This document shows positions 27,112-35,811 of a DNA stretch of 64,000 nucleotides, piece after piece; position 1 is the first letter of the stretch; each line of letters opens with the position of its first letter. The stretch covers positions 2,365,326 to 2,429,325 of the forward strand of contig OY969108.1 in NCBI GenBank assembly GCA_963697965.1, written 5' to 3'. The stretch is from an uncultured delta proteobacterium (GTDB lineage: Bacteria > Desulfobacterota > Desulfobaccia > Desulfobaccales > 0-14-0-80-60-11). Under the pieces are notes generated by a model. That model did no database searches. It saw only the letters and a program-made list of their open reading frames with translations, and was not told the DNA's origin. Position numbers and translations under genes: made by a program.

Positions 27112-27265
27112 CCTTGAACTTGAGACCTAGGCGAAAGTCCCCATTTCTGTCATTCTGAGGGAGCGAAGCGACCGAAGAATCTCATAATTACTAAATAAGA
27201 TACGCGATCCTTCGCTTCGCTCAGGATGACAAAGTTGGTTTTCGCATAGGTCTTAACCTTGAACT
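27112..27265. mobile_element. Composite palindromic (MITE-like) element flanked by direct CCTTGAACTT
   Basis: Outer arms are GAGACCTAGGCGAAA (27122-27136) and TTTCGCATAGGTCTT (27240-27254). Inner arms are GTCATTCTGAGGGAGCGAAGCGACCGAAGAATC and GATCCTTCGCTTCGCTCAGGATGAC. CCTTGAACTT is present on both flanks (27112-27121 and 27256-27265). Confidence 0.55.
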
Positions 27266-27293
27266 TTGAACTTTGAACTTTGAACTTTGAACT
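27261..27293 (+). repeat. Tandem heptamer array (GAACTTT)x4.7
   Basis: Read directly. An inverted array (AGTTCAA)n lies at 39894-39928. Confidence 0.95.
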
Positions 27294-27645
27294 AACCTCC
27301 GGTCTTTCCTTCCAGATAGAGTTTCAGGGCTGCCGCGGCGTTGTGGGCCTCATCCCGGGAGCTATACACCAGGGTGAGGTTGCCTTCCCCGCCCTTTTCC
27401 CGGAGCAGTCCGATTTCCCGGCTTTTGTCAGCCAATTCGGCCCAATAACGCTGGCAAAACCTCTCCCATTTCCTGGGATCATGCCCGAACCATTTGCGCA
27501 GCTCCGGGCTGGGCGCCACCTCCTTGAGCCAGAGGTCCAAGGCCACCTCCGGCTTGCTCAGACCACGGGGCCAGAGACGCTCCACCAGGACCCGGAAGCC
27601 GTCATCCGCCGTGGCGGGCTGATAGGCCCTTTTCGACTTGATCAT
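27292..27645 (-). CDS. DUF488 (YeaO-like) family protein
   Basis: 117 aa. DDGFRVLVERLWPRGLSK...LWLKEVAPSPELRKWF resembles E. coli YeaO as I recall it. Confidence 0.8.
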   Translation of the reverse strand: MIKSKRAYQPATADDGFRVLVERLWPRGLSKPEVALDLWLKEVAPSPELRKWFGHDPRKWERFCQRYWAELADKSREIGLLREKGGEGNLTLVYSSRDEAHNAAAALKLYLEGKTGG

Positions 27646-27676
27646 GATTCACCTCGCCGGCCCCCTGGAGAGTGCT

Positions 27677-27766
27677 AAAATCCCCCTTTTTCAAAGGGGG
27701 ACCTATCCATGTCCAATCCCGCGTTCCAATCCTGATTTTGTGTCCGGTTAATTATGAAAAACTCCA
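27677..27766. repeat. Dispersed hairpin repeat family R1, copy B
   Basis: TCCCCCTTTTTCAAAGGGGGAC hairpin plus a conserved tail ending ..GTCCGGTTAATTATGAAAAACTCC. Confidence 0.8.
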
Positions 27767-27961
27767 CCAGATGAACCATCCAACCGCCCCATCTTTACAG
27801 TGAAAGATAGGCACGGTCCTCACCTGAGGCAAGGGGACAGGGAAGATGCGAATGCCAAGGGCTGGAAGATTATTCCTGGCAGGCCGGCAGATTGGGTGCG
27901 GCAGCGAGGGTGAGGGCCGTGGCCCCCGCCCCTCCCCGCCGCCGGAAGCGCAAGTTAAAAA

Positions 27962-28073
27962 GGGGAATTATATATTTGAATCCCTCGATTATCTTTTGTA
28001 GGGGCGGGTTTAAAACCAGCCCCTACACTGCCCACACTTTCGTAGGGGGCGCACACATGGGTGCGCCCCCTAC
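27962..28073. repeat. Partial copy of the 59148 MITE-like element followed by two GTAGGGGC..GCCCCTAC hairpins
   Basis: GGGGAATTATATATTTGAATCCCTCGATTATCTTTTGTAGGGGCGGG is about 90% identical to 59148-59194. No right terminal repeat was found. Confidence 0.7.
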
Positions 28074-28470
28074 AAGACCGTTCATATCCCCCTCACCCTT
28101 CCCTCTCCCCCATTGGGGGATAGGTAAAAAAGCAAGAAAACTCCATAAGTTAACCAAAGCAGATTTAGCAGCCTATATTACCAGCGCATATTAGCAAAAA
28201 CCTTCCCAGACACTACTGGGGCCAGCAATGTCTTGGTATCTTCGTTGCGGCCGCCGCCTCGAAGGGGCTCTCCGCCAAAGATTTATCCGGGGTGCCAGAG
28301 CAAGAAAACCCCTCCAGCCGTGCCGGAAGGGTTTTGTTGGGTGAGGGCTCTCCATCCGGAGAGGGCCTGGTAAGGATTCTTCCCATTCCCTTATGGGAGT
28401 GCCCCCTCAGATTATTCTAAAGAGCGCTCCCTCGGGAAGGACCTTACCAGATTCTCAAGCGGTCGCGGGC

Positions 28471-28911
28471 TTAGGGATGAATGGTGAGCACCGGACAGGG
28501 GGCGGCGGTTACCACCTCGTCGGCCACGCTGCCGAAGAAGACCCGCTCCAGGCCCTTGCGTCCGTGGGCGCCCATGACAATCAGATCAATTTTCTCTTTT
28601 TTAGCCAGCTCCATGATCTTGGCGGCCGGATCACCCGTCAGAACCAGGGACTCCAGTTTGGGGAATCTCCGGAAATGTTCCTTGACCACGTGCGCCATCT
28701 TCTTGTTGGCGGCCGCCACCGCCTGCTCCTGGAAACTCTCGATGTTGCCATGGGGCACATAAAAGCTGGAAAAGCTCGACAGGTCGTGGGCGACGAACAG
28801 GACATAGAGGGTGGCGTCGAACTTGTCCACAAAGGTGGAGACCCAGGGCAACAGGGTATCGTAACTCTCGGCAAAGTCGATGGGGAAAAGGATTTTTCCA
28901 ATTGTCTTCAT
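28471..28911 (-). CDS. Universal stress protein (UspA family)
   Basis: 146 aa. Starts KILFPIDFAE and has the C-terminal ATP-binding-type motif MGAHGRKGLERVFFGSVADEVV. Confidence 0.9.
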   Translation of the reverse strand: MKTIGKILFPIDFAESYDTLLPWVSTFVDKFDATLYVLFVAHDLSSFSSFYVPHGNIESFQEQAVAAANKKMAHVVKEHFRRFPKLESLVLTGDPAAKIMELAKKEKIDLIVMGAHGRKGLERVFFGSVADEVVTAAPCPVLTIHP

Positions 28912-29106
28912 CAGTTATGCTCCCTTCGGTTGTCTTGCCTTGTAATTGTGAAATATAGTGTAAACTAAATGTTAACCTTGATGTTGTCAAGCTAAAAACC
29001 GGCCGCGCCAGATAATGCCCGGAAGGTCAAGCGCTGGCAACCGGGGCTATCCGGGAGGGGGGAAAATCCCGGCCTTTGCCAAAGTGACCCACCGGACAAA
29101 AAATCC

Positions 29107-29135
29107 TTGCCAAATGGATTTTAGGTTATTATATT
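29107..29135 (+). promoter_or_regulatory. Candidate sigma-70-type promoter TTGCCA-N17-TATATT
   Basis: Hexamers at 29107-29112 and 29130-29135, about 55 nt upstream of the GcvH-like start. Confidence 0.45.
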
Positions 29136-29189
29136 TCCCAGCGTCTCCCTAGCAAAAAAGCGGCGAGGCTGAAATCATCAGGGATTGAG

Positions 29190-29603
29190 GTGAGCGCCAT
29201 CGGCGAACTGCGCTTCGGCCGGGACCATGTCTGGGTACGCATGGATGATGAGACCCAGGCCACCATCGGCCTGACGGATTATCTCCAGGAGAAGTTGGGG
29301 GAGATTCACAGCATCCGGCTCCCCGAGGAAGGTGAGGAGTTCCTCAAAGATGAGTCCCTTACCAAGATAGAGGCCAAAAACGGCCGCCGTGACGTAAAGG
29401 CGCCGGTCTCCGGTGAGGTCCTCGAAGTCAATGACGAAGTCGTGGAAGAACCGGAGATCATCAATGAGGACCCCTTGTCGGAAGGCTGGCTGGTCAAGGT
29501 GGAGTTGACTTCCAGCCAGGAGTTTGACGAACTCCTGACCGAAGAGGAATACAAAGACTACTTGAGCGAGGAAGAAGAAATGGAGGATCTGGAAGAAGAT
29601 TGA
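29190..29603 (+). CDS. Glycine-cleavage H-protein-like (lipoyl-domain fold) protein with acidic tail
   Basis: GTG start. GLTDYLQEKLGEI...KAPVSGEVLEVNDEV...EGWLVKVEL aligns with GcvH. The Lys position appears shifted (EAKN against ESVK). The C-terminal tail is EEEYKDYLSEEEEMEDLEED. Confidence 0.7.
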   Translation: MSAIGELRFGRDHVWVRMDDETQATIGLTDYLQEKLGEIHSIRLPEEGEEFLKDESLTKIEAKNGRRDVKAPVSGEVLEVNDEVVEEPEIINEDPLSEGWLVKVELTSSQEFDELLTEEEYKDYLSEEEEMEDLEED

Positions 29604-29710
29604 AGTAATAACCGCTTCTCCGGTTTCTTCCTCCATTCCCCTGGTTCTTCCCTGAAGCTCCGATCCTTAAGCCGCCTTGGCCGGAAAGCTCGAGGTCTCA
29701 ACCTAAAACC

Positions 29711-31051
29711 ATGTCCACTACCAAAAGGCAAGCCCAGCCGAAATCCCGGCTCTGGGACTGGCTAACCTCCATTCGCCTCACCGTTTACCTGCTGCTGATC
29801 CTGGCGGCCGTGGCCATCTTCGGCGCCGTGCTGCCCCAGGGGCAGCCAGCGGAATTTTATATAGACCGCTTCGGGGAGACCTGGGGCGCGCTTGTCTGGC
29901 GCGGCGGCCTGGCCAACATCTATTTCAGCATCTGGTTCCTGGCCCCCATTCACCTCCTGGCCCTGAATATTCTGTCCTGCCTGATCCGCGGCCTGCCCCG
30001 GGCCTGGCGGCGGTCATTCACACCTCTCAGCGCCGAAGCAGCCCTCAACCTGCCGCCGCGGGCCGGGCTCAAATGGCCTGGGACAACGGACCCGCGGGAG
30101 GCGGTGGCCGGTATTTGGCGCCGGGAATTGGGCCGCCCCCGGCGCCAGAGCTTGCCGGGAAAAGAGGTCTTCTATTATGAATCCGGACGTTTCCGGCCCC
30201 TGGGGCCATACCTGGTGCACGCTGCCCTGCTGTTTATCCTGGCCGGGGGCCTGATCGGCAAATTCTGGGGGATCGATGGCAGCCTGCCCCTGATGCCGGG
30301 GGAAACGGCCCAGAGCTTCCAGGTGGGGGAAACCGAGAAGCCTTTAGGTTTTCAGGTGCGCCTGGACCGCTTTCAGGTCCAGTTCTATGAGGAAGGCGGC
30401 ATACCCAAGGAATTTCGCTCCGACCTCACTTTTACCCAGGGCAGCCAGGAGCTGCGGGCCACCTGCCGGGTGAACGAACCCGTGAGCTTCGGTGGTTATA
30501 CCTTTTACCAGGCCTCCTACGGCACCCAACCTGAGGGCCAGGTGGGCTTGCAGGTGATCCAGGGGCCGCGGCGGGAAAGCCTCCAGGCCCCACTGCACCA
30601 GTGGCTGACCCTGCCCGGCAGCCAGGCGCAAATCATGGTCATCGAGGGAGAAGCCAACCTCGAGGGTTTTGGTCCGGCGGTGCAGCTCGCCTATAAAAAC
30701 GGGTCGGAGCATCCCTTAATCTTTTGGGTCCTGAAAGATCATCCGGAGATGGCGGAGCCAATCGGGCCTTACCGGTTTGCCCTGGAATCGGCAAATTTCA
30801 AATCATACTCGGTTTTCGACGTGAATCGGGACCCAGGGGTCCCCTGGGTGTATCTGGGCTTTCTCCTGTTCTTGCCGGGATTTTACCTGGCCTTCTTCCG
30901 GCCCCACCAGTGTTGGGCGCTGGTCCTGGAAAAATCTCCCAAGGGGGACTGGCAGGGCCGCCTCCTGGGGTCGAGCCCCCGGGCCCGGGAGAACTTTGAC
31001 CTCCGCCAGACCCACCTCCTGGAGGCACTCAAGAAGGGAACGGCATTATGA
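29711..31051 (+). CDS. ccsB: Cytochrome c biogenesis system II protein CcsB/ResB
   Basis: 446 aa. N-terminal TM helices (LTSIRLTVYLLLILA), a large periplasmic domain and a C-terminal TM helix. Followed by ccsA with a 4-nt overlap. Confidence 0.85.
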   Translation: MSTTKRQAQPKSRLWDWLTSIRLTVYLLLILAAVAIFGAVLPQGQPAEFYIDRFGETWGALVWRGGLANIYFSIWFLAPIHLLALNILSCLIRGLPRAWRRSFTPLSAEAALNLPPRAGLKWPGTTDPREAVAGIWRRELGRPRRQSLPGKEVFYYESGRFRPLGPYLVHAALLFILAGGLIGKFWGIDGSLPLMPGETAQSFQVGETEKPLGFQVRLDRFQVQFYEEGGIPKEFRSDLTFTQGSQELRATCRVNEPVSFGGYTFYQASYGTQPEGQVGLQVIQGPRRESLQAPLHQWLTLPGSQAQIMVIEGEANLEGFGPAVQLAYKNGSEHPLIFWVLKDHPEMAEPIGPYRFALESANFKSYSVFDVNRDPGVPWVYLGFLLFLPGFYLAFFRPHQCWALVLEKSPKGDWQGRLLGSSPRARENFDLRQTHLLEALKKGTAL

Positions 31052-31914
31052 GTCAGTTACTGGGCGTGGCAATGTTGATCTATCTGGGGGTGGCCATCAT
31101 CCTGATCATAGCCGAACTGTGGTCCTCCCCCTTGATGCAGCGGGCGGGGCGCGGGTTGCTGTGGGTCGGGCTGGCGCTCCAGAGCGGGGCCCTCATCGGC
31201 CGCTGGTACGTCTCTTACCAGATGGCCGCCAGGGGCACCCCGCCGCCGTTCTTCCTGGATAAGCTCCGCCTGATTATCTTCCAGGCGCCGTTGTCAAATT
31301 ATTACGATTCCCTGGTATTTTTCTCCTGGTGCTTGCCGGCCATGGGGCTGCTGGCATTCCGCCGTTATTTACGGGGCTGGCTGGGCGCCATCGTGGCGAT
31401 GCTAGCCTGTCTGCTCCTGGCCAAGGCCTCTTTCGGCGGGGTGAATGCCAACATTCAGCCCCTGATGCCGGCCCTGAAGAGCAACTGGCTCCTCATCCAC
31501 GTGGTCGTTTGCTTTTTCGGCTATGCCGCCTTGACGGTGGCCTTCGGCGCCGCCCTTCTTTACCTGATCCAGGATTATAGTCCCAAAGGACCCCTCCGGG
31601 CCTTGCCGGCCCTGCCCTTGTTGGACCGGCTAATTTACCGGGCTGCGATCCTGGGATTTTTCCTGCTCACCTTCGGCATCCTGACGGGGGCGGTGTGGGC
31701 CGAAACTGCCTGGGGCAAATACTGGAGTTGGGACCCCAAGGAGGTCGCCTCTTTGGTCACCTGGCTCATTTACGCAGCGCTGCTGCACGCCCGCCTGCTG
31801 AAGGGCTGGCAGGGGCGCCGCATCGCCTGGTTGGCGGTCCTGGGCTTCCTGGCAATTATCTTCACCTACTTCGGCGTCAACTATCTGCAAAGCATGCACG
31901 CCTACATGACCTAA
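31048..31914 (+). CDS. ccsA: Cytochrome c biogenesis system II haem-handling protein CcsA/ResC
   Basis: 288 aa polytopic protein with the WWD-type motif WGKYWSWDPKE and conserved His residues. Confidence 0.9.
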   Translation: MSQLLGVAMLIYLGVAIILIIAELWSSPLMQRAGRGLLWVGLALQSGALIGRWYVSYQMAARGTPPPFFLDKLRLIIFQAPLSNYYDSLVFFSWCLPAMGLLAFRRYLRGWLGAIVAMLACLLLAKASFGGVNANIQPLMPALKSNWLLIHVVVCFFGYAALTVAFGAALLYLIQDYSPKGPLRALPALPLLDRLIYRAAILGFFLLTFGILTGAVWAETAWGKYWSWDPKEVASLVTWLIYAALLHARLLKGWQGRRIAWLAVLGFLAIIFTYFGVNYLQSMHAYMT

Positions 31915-31938
31915 CCTCGATATTCCTCAACTTGGGAC

Positions 31939-31967
31939 AAAAAAAGGGGCACGGCCAACCGCGCCCC
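31939..31967 (-). terminator. Intrinsic terminator-like hairpin (GGGGCGCGGTTGGCCGTGCCCC + T7 on the minus strand); may act bidirectionally
   Basis: A GC stem at 31946-31967 with an A7 run at 31939-31945 on the + strand, i.e. a U-tail for the minus-strand Cys-rich gene. Also lies 30 nt after the ccsA stop. Confidence 0.55.
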
Positions 31968-32084
31968 TTATTCGTCCAGAGTCAAACTCACCCGGCGACA
32001 GGGAGTCCAAATACTTCGCCAATCCTACATCGATACCGCATGCTTCCGCCCCTCAGAGCGGCTGCTTACCGGTGAAAAGCTGGT

Positions 32085-32321
32085 TCACTTGGGCGGCACA
32101 CTGGTGGGTTCGCAGAGTAAATCCTCGGAAGTAGCCAGCCGGCCGCATTTGTTGCAGACATACTTGATGTCTGCCAGTTTGCCCTTGCAATAATGCTTGG
32201 TATGAGGGGCCTTTTCCCCGCAAAAGGCGCAGGTCATGGGGTCCATGTTGGGGTTGCACAGGTGCCCCGGCTCCTCGGCCAAGGCGCCGCAGCTCTGACA
32301 GGTATAAACTTTCTTTGCCAT
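32085..32321 (-). CDS. Small Cys-rich (zinc-ribbon-like) protein, internally duplicated
   Basis: 78 aa from ATG 32321 (RBS GGGAGG). YTCQSCG..LCNP, TCAFCG..HYC and YVCNKCG..LCEP give 10 Cys in repeated CxxCG...LCxP units. Confidence 0.6.
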   Translation of the reverse strand: MAKKVYTCQSCGALAEEPGHLCNPNMDPMTCAFCGEKAPHTKHYCKGKLADIKYVCNKCGRLATSEDLLCEPTSVPPK

Positions 32322-32464
32322 GTTTTCCTCCCGAAACAATCTATTCTTTAGTGAAGAGAGTAAGGTTCAATAAGGCGATGTCAATGCGCCGGGTCCAAAA
32401 AAATTCCCCCTGAGGCGTGAGTGGCAGGCTTACCGGAATGGCCGGGATTTAGGGGCGGCGGCGC

Positions 32465-33409
32465 TCAGCCAGCAAGTGAGAGGCTGGCCGCACCGGAATC
32501 GAGGCGGGCCCGGGCTCCCAGGGGCAGGGTATAGTTGTCCGGCTGGTGGCCAACGGGAAGGCCAGCCAATACCGGCACCTGCAGGTGCTCCAGGGCTGCC
32601 GCTGAGACCTCCAGCAGGCCCTCCAAGCTGCCACAGCCGCTGAAGGCCCCCAGGACCACGCCTTTGACCCCGTCCAGGGCCCCGGCTAACAGCAGGTGGT
32701 GGAGCATACGGTCCAGGCGGTAGCGAGGCTCGTTGTGATCTTCCAGGAAGAGGAGATAGCCCCGCAATTGCGGGGCAAACGGGGTTCCCAGCAGATGACA
32801 GAGGGTGGTGAGATTGCCGCCCGCCAGCGGCCCTTCGGCCACTCCGGGGCAAATGACGGTCAGATCCGCAAAGGTGGCCGCCCGGGGCCCCGGGGCCGTC
32901 AGCCAGTCGAACAGGCTTTGCCGGGCGCCCTCGGTCATCTCCGGCAGTTGGGCCACGGTGGGGCCATGGAAGGTCACCAGACCCAGGCGGCGGTGCAGGT
33001 GCCAGAGGAGATTGGTAAGGTCGCTAAAGCCCACCAGACGCTTGGGGACCGCTCCCAGGGAAACCGGGTCCAGGTGGGGCAGGAGCTTCAGGGAGCCGTA
33101 GCCGCCCCGTACCCCCATGACCGCCTTGACTTCCGGATCACACCAAAGCTCCTGAAAGCGCCGGGCCAACTGCCGGTCGGTCTCCCTTCCCGGGGCCCGG
33201 CTGGAGAAAACCTCCGGGCCGCACTTCACCCGAAAGCCCCAATCCCTCAGCACCTGCACCCCGGCCTCCCAGGGCTCCCGGGCCACGCAACTGGCCGGGG
33301 CCGCCAGGGCGATGGTCTCCCCGGGCGAGAGCGGCGGCGCCCAGGTAAAGCTGGCCGGGGGCCGGACGCCTCCCCCCTCCCCTCTCCTATCGTGGAAATC
33401 GGGACCCAT
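32465..33409 (-). CDS. ldcA: LD-carboxypeptidase (peptidase S66, muramoyltetrapeptide carboxypeptidase-like)
   Basis: VMGVRGGYGS and the nucleophile motif VGFSDLT, with C-terminal His/Glu region (LPVGHQPDN). Confidence 0.75.
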   Translation of the reverse strand: MGPDFHDRRGEGGGVRPPASFTWAPPLSPGETIALAAPASCVAREPWEAGVQVLRDWGFRVKCGPEVFSSRAPGRETDRQLARRFQELWCDPEVKAVMGVRGGYGSLKLLPHLDPVSLGAVPKRLVGFSDLTNLLWHLHRRLGLVTFHGPTVAQLPEMTEGARQSLFDWLTAPGPRAATFADLTVICPGVAEGPLAGGNLTTLCHLLGTPFAPQLRGYLLFLEDHNEPRYRLDRMLHHLLLAGALDGVKGVVLGAFSGCGSLEGLLEVSAAALEHLQVPVLAGLPVGHQPDNYTLPLGARARLDSGAASLSLAG

Positions 33410-33470
33410 TCGCTTTCCTGGCTAGTGGTCTGTTACACAATTGATTATCCATTGAAAATGACTGATTTTT

Positions 33471-33615
33471 AACCCCCCCTTGGAAAAGGGGGGTAGGGGG
33501 TATTTAATATAACATCTTGAAATACCCCTAAATCTCCCTTTTTCAAAGGGGGATTTAACCAGGCAAAATCCAGCGTCCTAGTCCTAATATTATGTCCGGC
33601 TAATTATGGAACCCT
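33471..33615. repeat. Dispersed hairpin repeat family R1, copy C (double-hairpin version)
   Basis: CCCCCCCTTGGAAAAGGGGGG, then a spacer, then CTCCCTTTTTCAAAGGGGGA, then the tail ..GCAAAATCCAGCGTCCTAGTCCTAATATTATGTCCGGCTAATTATGGAAC. Confidence 0.8.
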
Positions 33616-33794
33616 CCATCACATATTCCCAACAGCCGCTCATGAGCCTGCGGCTCACCCGAAAATTATGAAAAGAACGGTGAGGCGGGTGTCTTCCCCA
33701 CCACCCAGTCCACACAGGCGAGACGCCGGCACCCTCAATTTTTCCAAACTATCTTTAGTCTATTTACCAAATATACTATAATAACTGGAATAAT

Positions 33795-35351
33795 ATGAGT
33801 GTCGCCAATTTTTTAACCAACCTGGGGCGGCGCCTCCGGTCTCCGGCTGTGGCGGCGTCTTTGGTCCTGGCCCTGATTTGGGTCCTGGCGTTGGCCTTTC
33901 GGCTCAGCGACCTGGCGGCCCGGGATCTGTGGACCGACGAGGCCTGGGTTGCCCTGGCGGCCTTGAAATCCTCCGCCGCCGCGGCTCTGGCCGCGGGCCA
34001 TTCCACCCCGCCCTGGTACCTCCTGGGCGTCTGGGCTACGGCCAGGCTCCTGGGAAGCCAGGAATGGGGCCTGCGGTTTCTGTCCTTCGCCTTCGGGGTA
34101 GGCACCCTCCTGGCCATCTGGCTGTTGGCCCGCAGGCTTACCTCCCGGCCCGCCTCCTTGCTGGCCCTGGCCATGGTGGCCGTCTCCCCCGTGATGGTTT
34201 ACTACTCCAAGGAGTTGAAACAGTACAGCGGCGACGCCTTCTTTGCGGTGCTGGTGTTTTATCTGGCGGAACGTCTCTGCGCCAGCCAGGGCCGCCGCGG
34301 CTGGGCCGCCCTGGCCCTGACCGGGGTGCTGGGGATGGGCTTTTCCCATCCTTTGGTCTTCTGCCTGCCGGCTGCGGGACTAATCCTCTGGCGCCGGCTG
34401 CCCGCGGCCCGCACCCGCCTGGCCCTCCTGGGCGGCCTTTGGCTCCTGGCCATCGGGGTCTATTACTTTCTGTTTTTTCGCCACGGCGTGGACCCGGAGT
34501 TGGTTGCCTATTGGGTCAAGGACTATCCCGATCTCTCCGGAGGGGGCCGGTTTTTCCTCTGGCTGGGGGCCGCCCTGTACCGCTACTTCTACTATTTTCT
34601 GGGAAAGTGGGGAGTGTTCTGGGGGCCGCCCTTGCTGGCGGCCGGGGCCTACGCCCTGTGGCGACGCGGCGGCGGCCGGGCGCTGGTCTACTGGGGCCTT
34701 CCCATCCTGTTGGCCCTGGGGGCCGCGGCGCTGCATCGCTACCCCTTTATGGCTGACTACGGCGGCAACCGGCTGATGCTGTTCACCGCACCCTTGCTCT
34801 ACCTGGTGCTGGCCGCCGGGGCTTGCCTGGCGCTCTCCTACCTGTGGCACGGCTGGCGCCGCGGGCTGGCCGCGGGGCTGACCGCGGCCCTGATCTTCTC
34901 GCTTAATCCCTGGAAAAACTTCCAGGAAAACCTCCACCCGACGATGAACAGGGAGGAGATCAGTCCCCTGGTAGCCCGCCTGCAGCAGGAACTGCAGCCC
35001 CGGGATGAGGTTTACGTCTATTACTTTGCCCAATGGCCGTTTGCCTATTATTACCGCGGGCACGCGGCGCGCCTCTGCATCGGCAAGGCCTGCGACGAGA
35101 CCGGGCTGAAACCGGATTCCCGGGAGCGACCGCCGAAGCGGCTCTGGCTCATCGCCTCCCACATTATCAACGTCCAGGACATGCGGGAATTCGCCGCCAA
35201 ACTGCTGGGGCCGGCCTGGCGGGAAAGCACCTGCGACCAGGCGCCGGGAGCGGTGCTCCTGTGCTTCCAGAGCGCCAATGAAACCAGGGTGGCGGCTAAT
35301 CGCCGGCAGGCGGCGCCAGTATCTCCTGAATCTGCTGCTGCAACTCCCTAA
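33795..35351 (+). CDS. GT39/ArnT-like (PMT_2) membrane glycosyltransferase
   Basis: 518 aa with about 10 TM helices. The first loop is DLWTDEAW and there is a soluble C-terminal domain. Confidence 0.6.
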   Translation: MSVANFLTNLGRRLRSPAVAASLVLALIWVLALAFRLSDLAARDLWTDEAWVALAALKSSAAAALAAGHSTPPWYLLGVWATARLLGSQEWGLRFLSFAFGVGTLLAIWLLARRLTSRPASLLALAMVAVSPVMVYYSKELKQYSGDAFFAVLVFYLAERLCASQGRRGWAALALTGVLGMGFSHPLVFCLPAAGLILWRRLPAARTRLALLGGLWLLAIGVYYFLFFRHGVDPELVAYWVKDYPDLSGGGRFFLWLGAALYRYFYYFLGKWGVFWGPPLLAAGAYALWRRGGGRALVYWGLPILLALGAAALHRYPFMADYGGNRLMLFTAPLLYLVLAAGACLALSYLWHGWRRGLAAGLTAALIFSLNPWKNFQENLHPTMNREEISPLVARLQQELQPRDEVYVYYFAQWPFAYYYRGHAARLCIGKACDETGLKPDSRERPPKRLWLIASHIINVQDMREFAAKLLGPAWRESTCDQAPGAVLLCFQSANETRVAANRRQAAPVSPESAAATP

Positions 35352-35355
35352 AGCG

Positions 35356-35380
35356 AAAGGGCTTATAAATAAGCCCTTTT
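35356..35380. terminator. Perfect hairpin AAAGGGCTTA-TAAA-TAAGCCCTTT between convergent genes
   Basis: 10-bp stem read directly. Short A/T tails on both sides. Confidence 0.4.
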
Positions 35381-35441
35381 ATCCCGGACCCGGCGCCTGG
35401 CCGCCATGCCGGCCAGGGCCCCTGATGGCCAACCCCCGTCT

Positions 35442-35756
35442 TTAAAAGTCTCCCACCCGGATGCGCAGGTCCCGGACCAGGTCTGGCCCCAGGACCCTGC
35501 CCAGTTCCTCCAGGATCTTCGGTTTCAGGAATTGCAGTTCCTGGCCCCAGGCTCCGTCCGTCACTTCCACCCAGAGCTCCCGCCGCTGGAGGTCCACCAG
35601 GCGGGCGTGTTCCCTAATGGGTGCGGGCGCCGTCCTCTCCCAGACCTGGCGGATGCGCTGGCGCAACTCCAGGCCTTCCCGGTCGCCAGGCGAGAGCAAG
35701 TGCTGGAGCACGTCCTTGACGGCCAGCGGCCGTGACGATGGAGTCCGTTTTGCCAT
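35442..35756 (-). CDS. DUF721 (DciA-like) domain protein
   Basis: 104 aa. L..W..(v)g..ia.ht.p..l..g.L.V.v.s..w..EL-type pattern (ELWVEVTDGAWGQELQFLKPKILEEL). Confidence 0.6.
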   Translation of the reverse strand: MAKRTPSSRPLAVKDVLQHLLSPGDREGLELRQRIRQVWERTAPAPIREHARLVDLQRRELWVEVTDGAWGQELQFLKPKILEELGRVLGPDLVRDLRIRVGDF

Positions 35757-35782
35757 ATGCCACCTATCAATTCAAGTAAAAG

Positions 35783-35811
35783 ATTTCTTTTCTAATCCCT
35801 AATCCCTAACC
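35783..35811 (+). repeat. Tandem heptamer array (CCCTAAY)x4
   Basis: CTAATCCCTAATCCCTAACCCCTAATCCC read directly. It overlaps the 3' end of the aminotransferase gene. Confidence 0.9.

Noticed and set aside
27261-27293. Whether the short tandem arrays (27261, 37018, 39894, 62413 and others) could be CRISPR arrays.
   Set aside because: The units are 6-8 nt with no unique spacers, the arrays are under 90 nt, and there are no cas genes. They are simple tandem repeats.
27892-28194. 100-aa ORF in the long DUF488-USP spacer.
   Set aside because: Its translation (..CRGGFKTSPYT..VGGAHMGAPPTRP..SPFPLPHWG) is the read-through of REP/MITE hairpins seen elsewhere in non-coding DNA.
35783-35811. The CCCTAAT/CCCTAAC repeats resemble eukaryotic telomere units (TTAGGG/TTTAGGG).
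   Set aside because: There are only four units. They lie internal to a bacterial gene-dense region and overlap the end of an aminotransferase gene. They are one of many heptamer arrays in this window, so the resemblance is coincidental.
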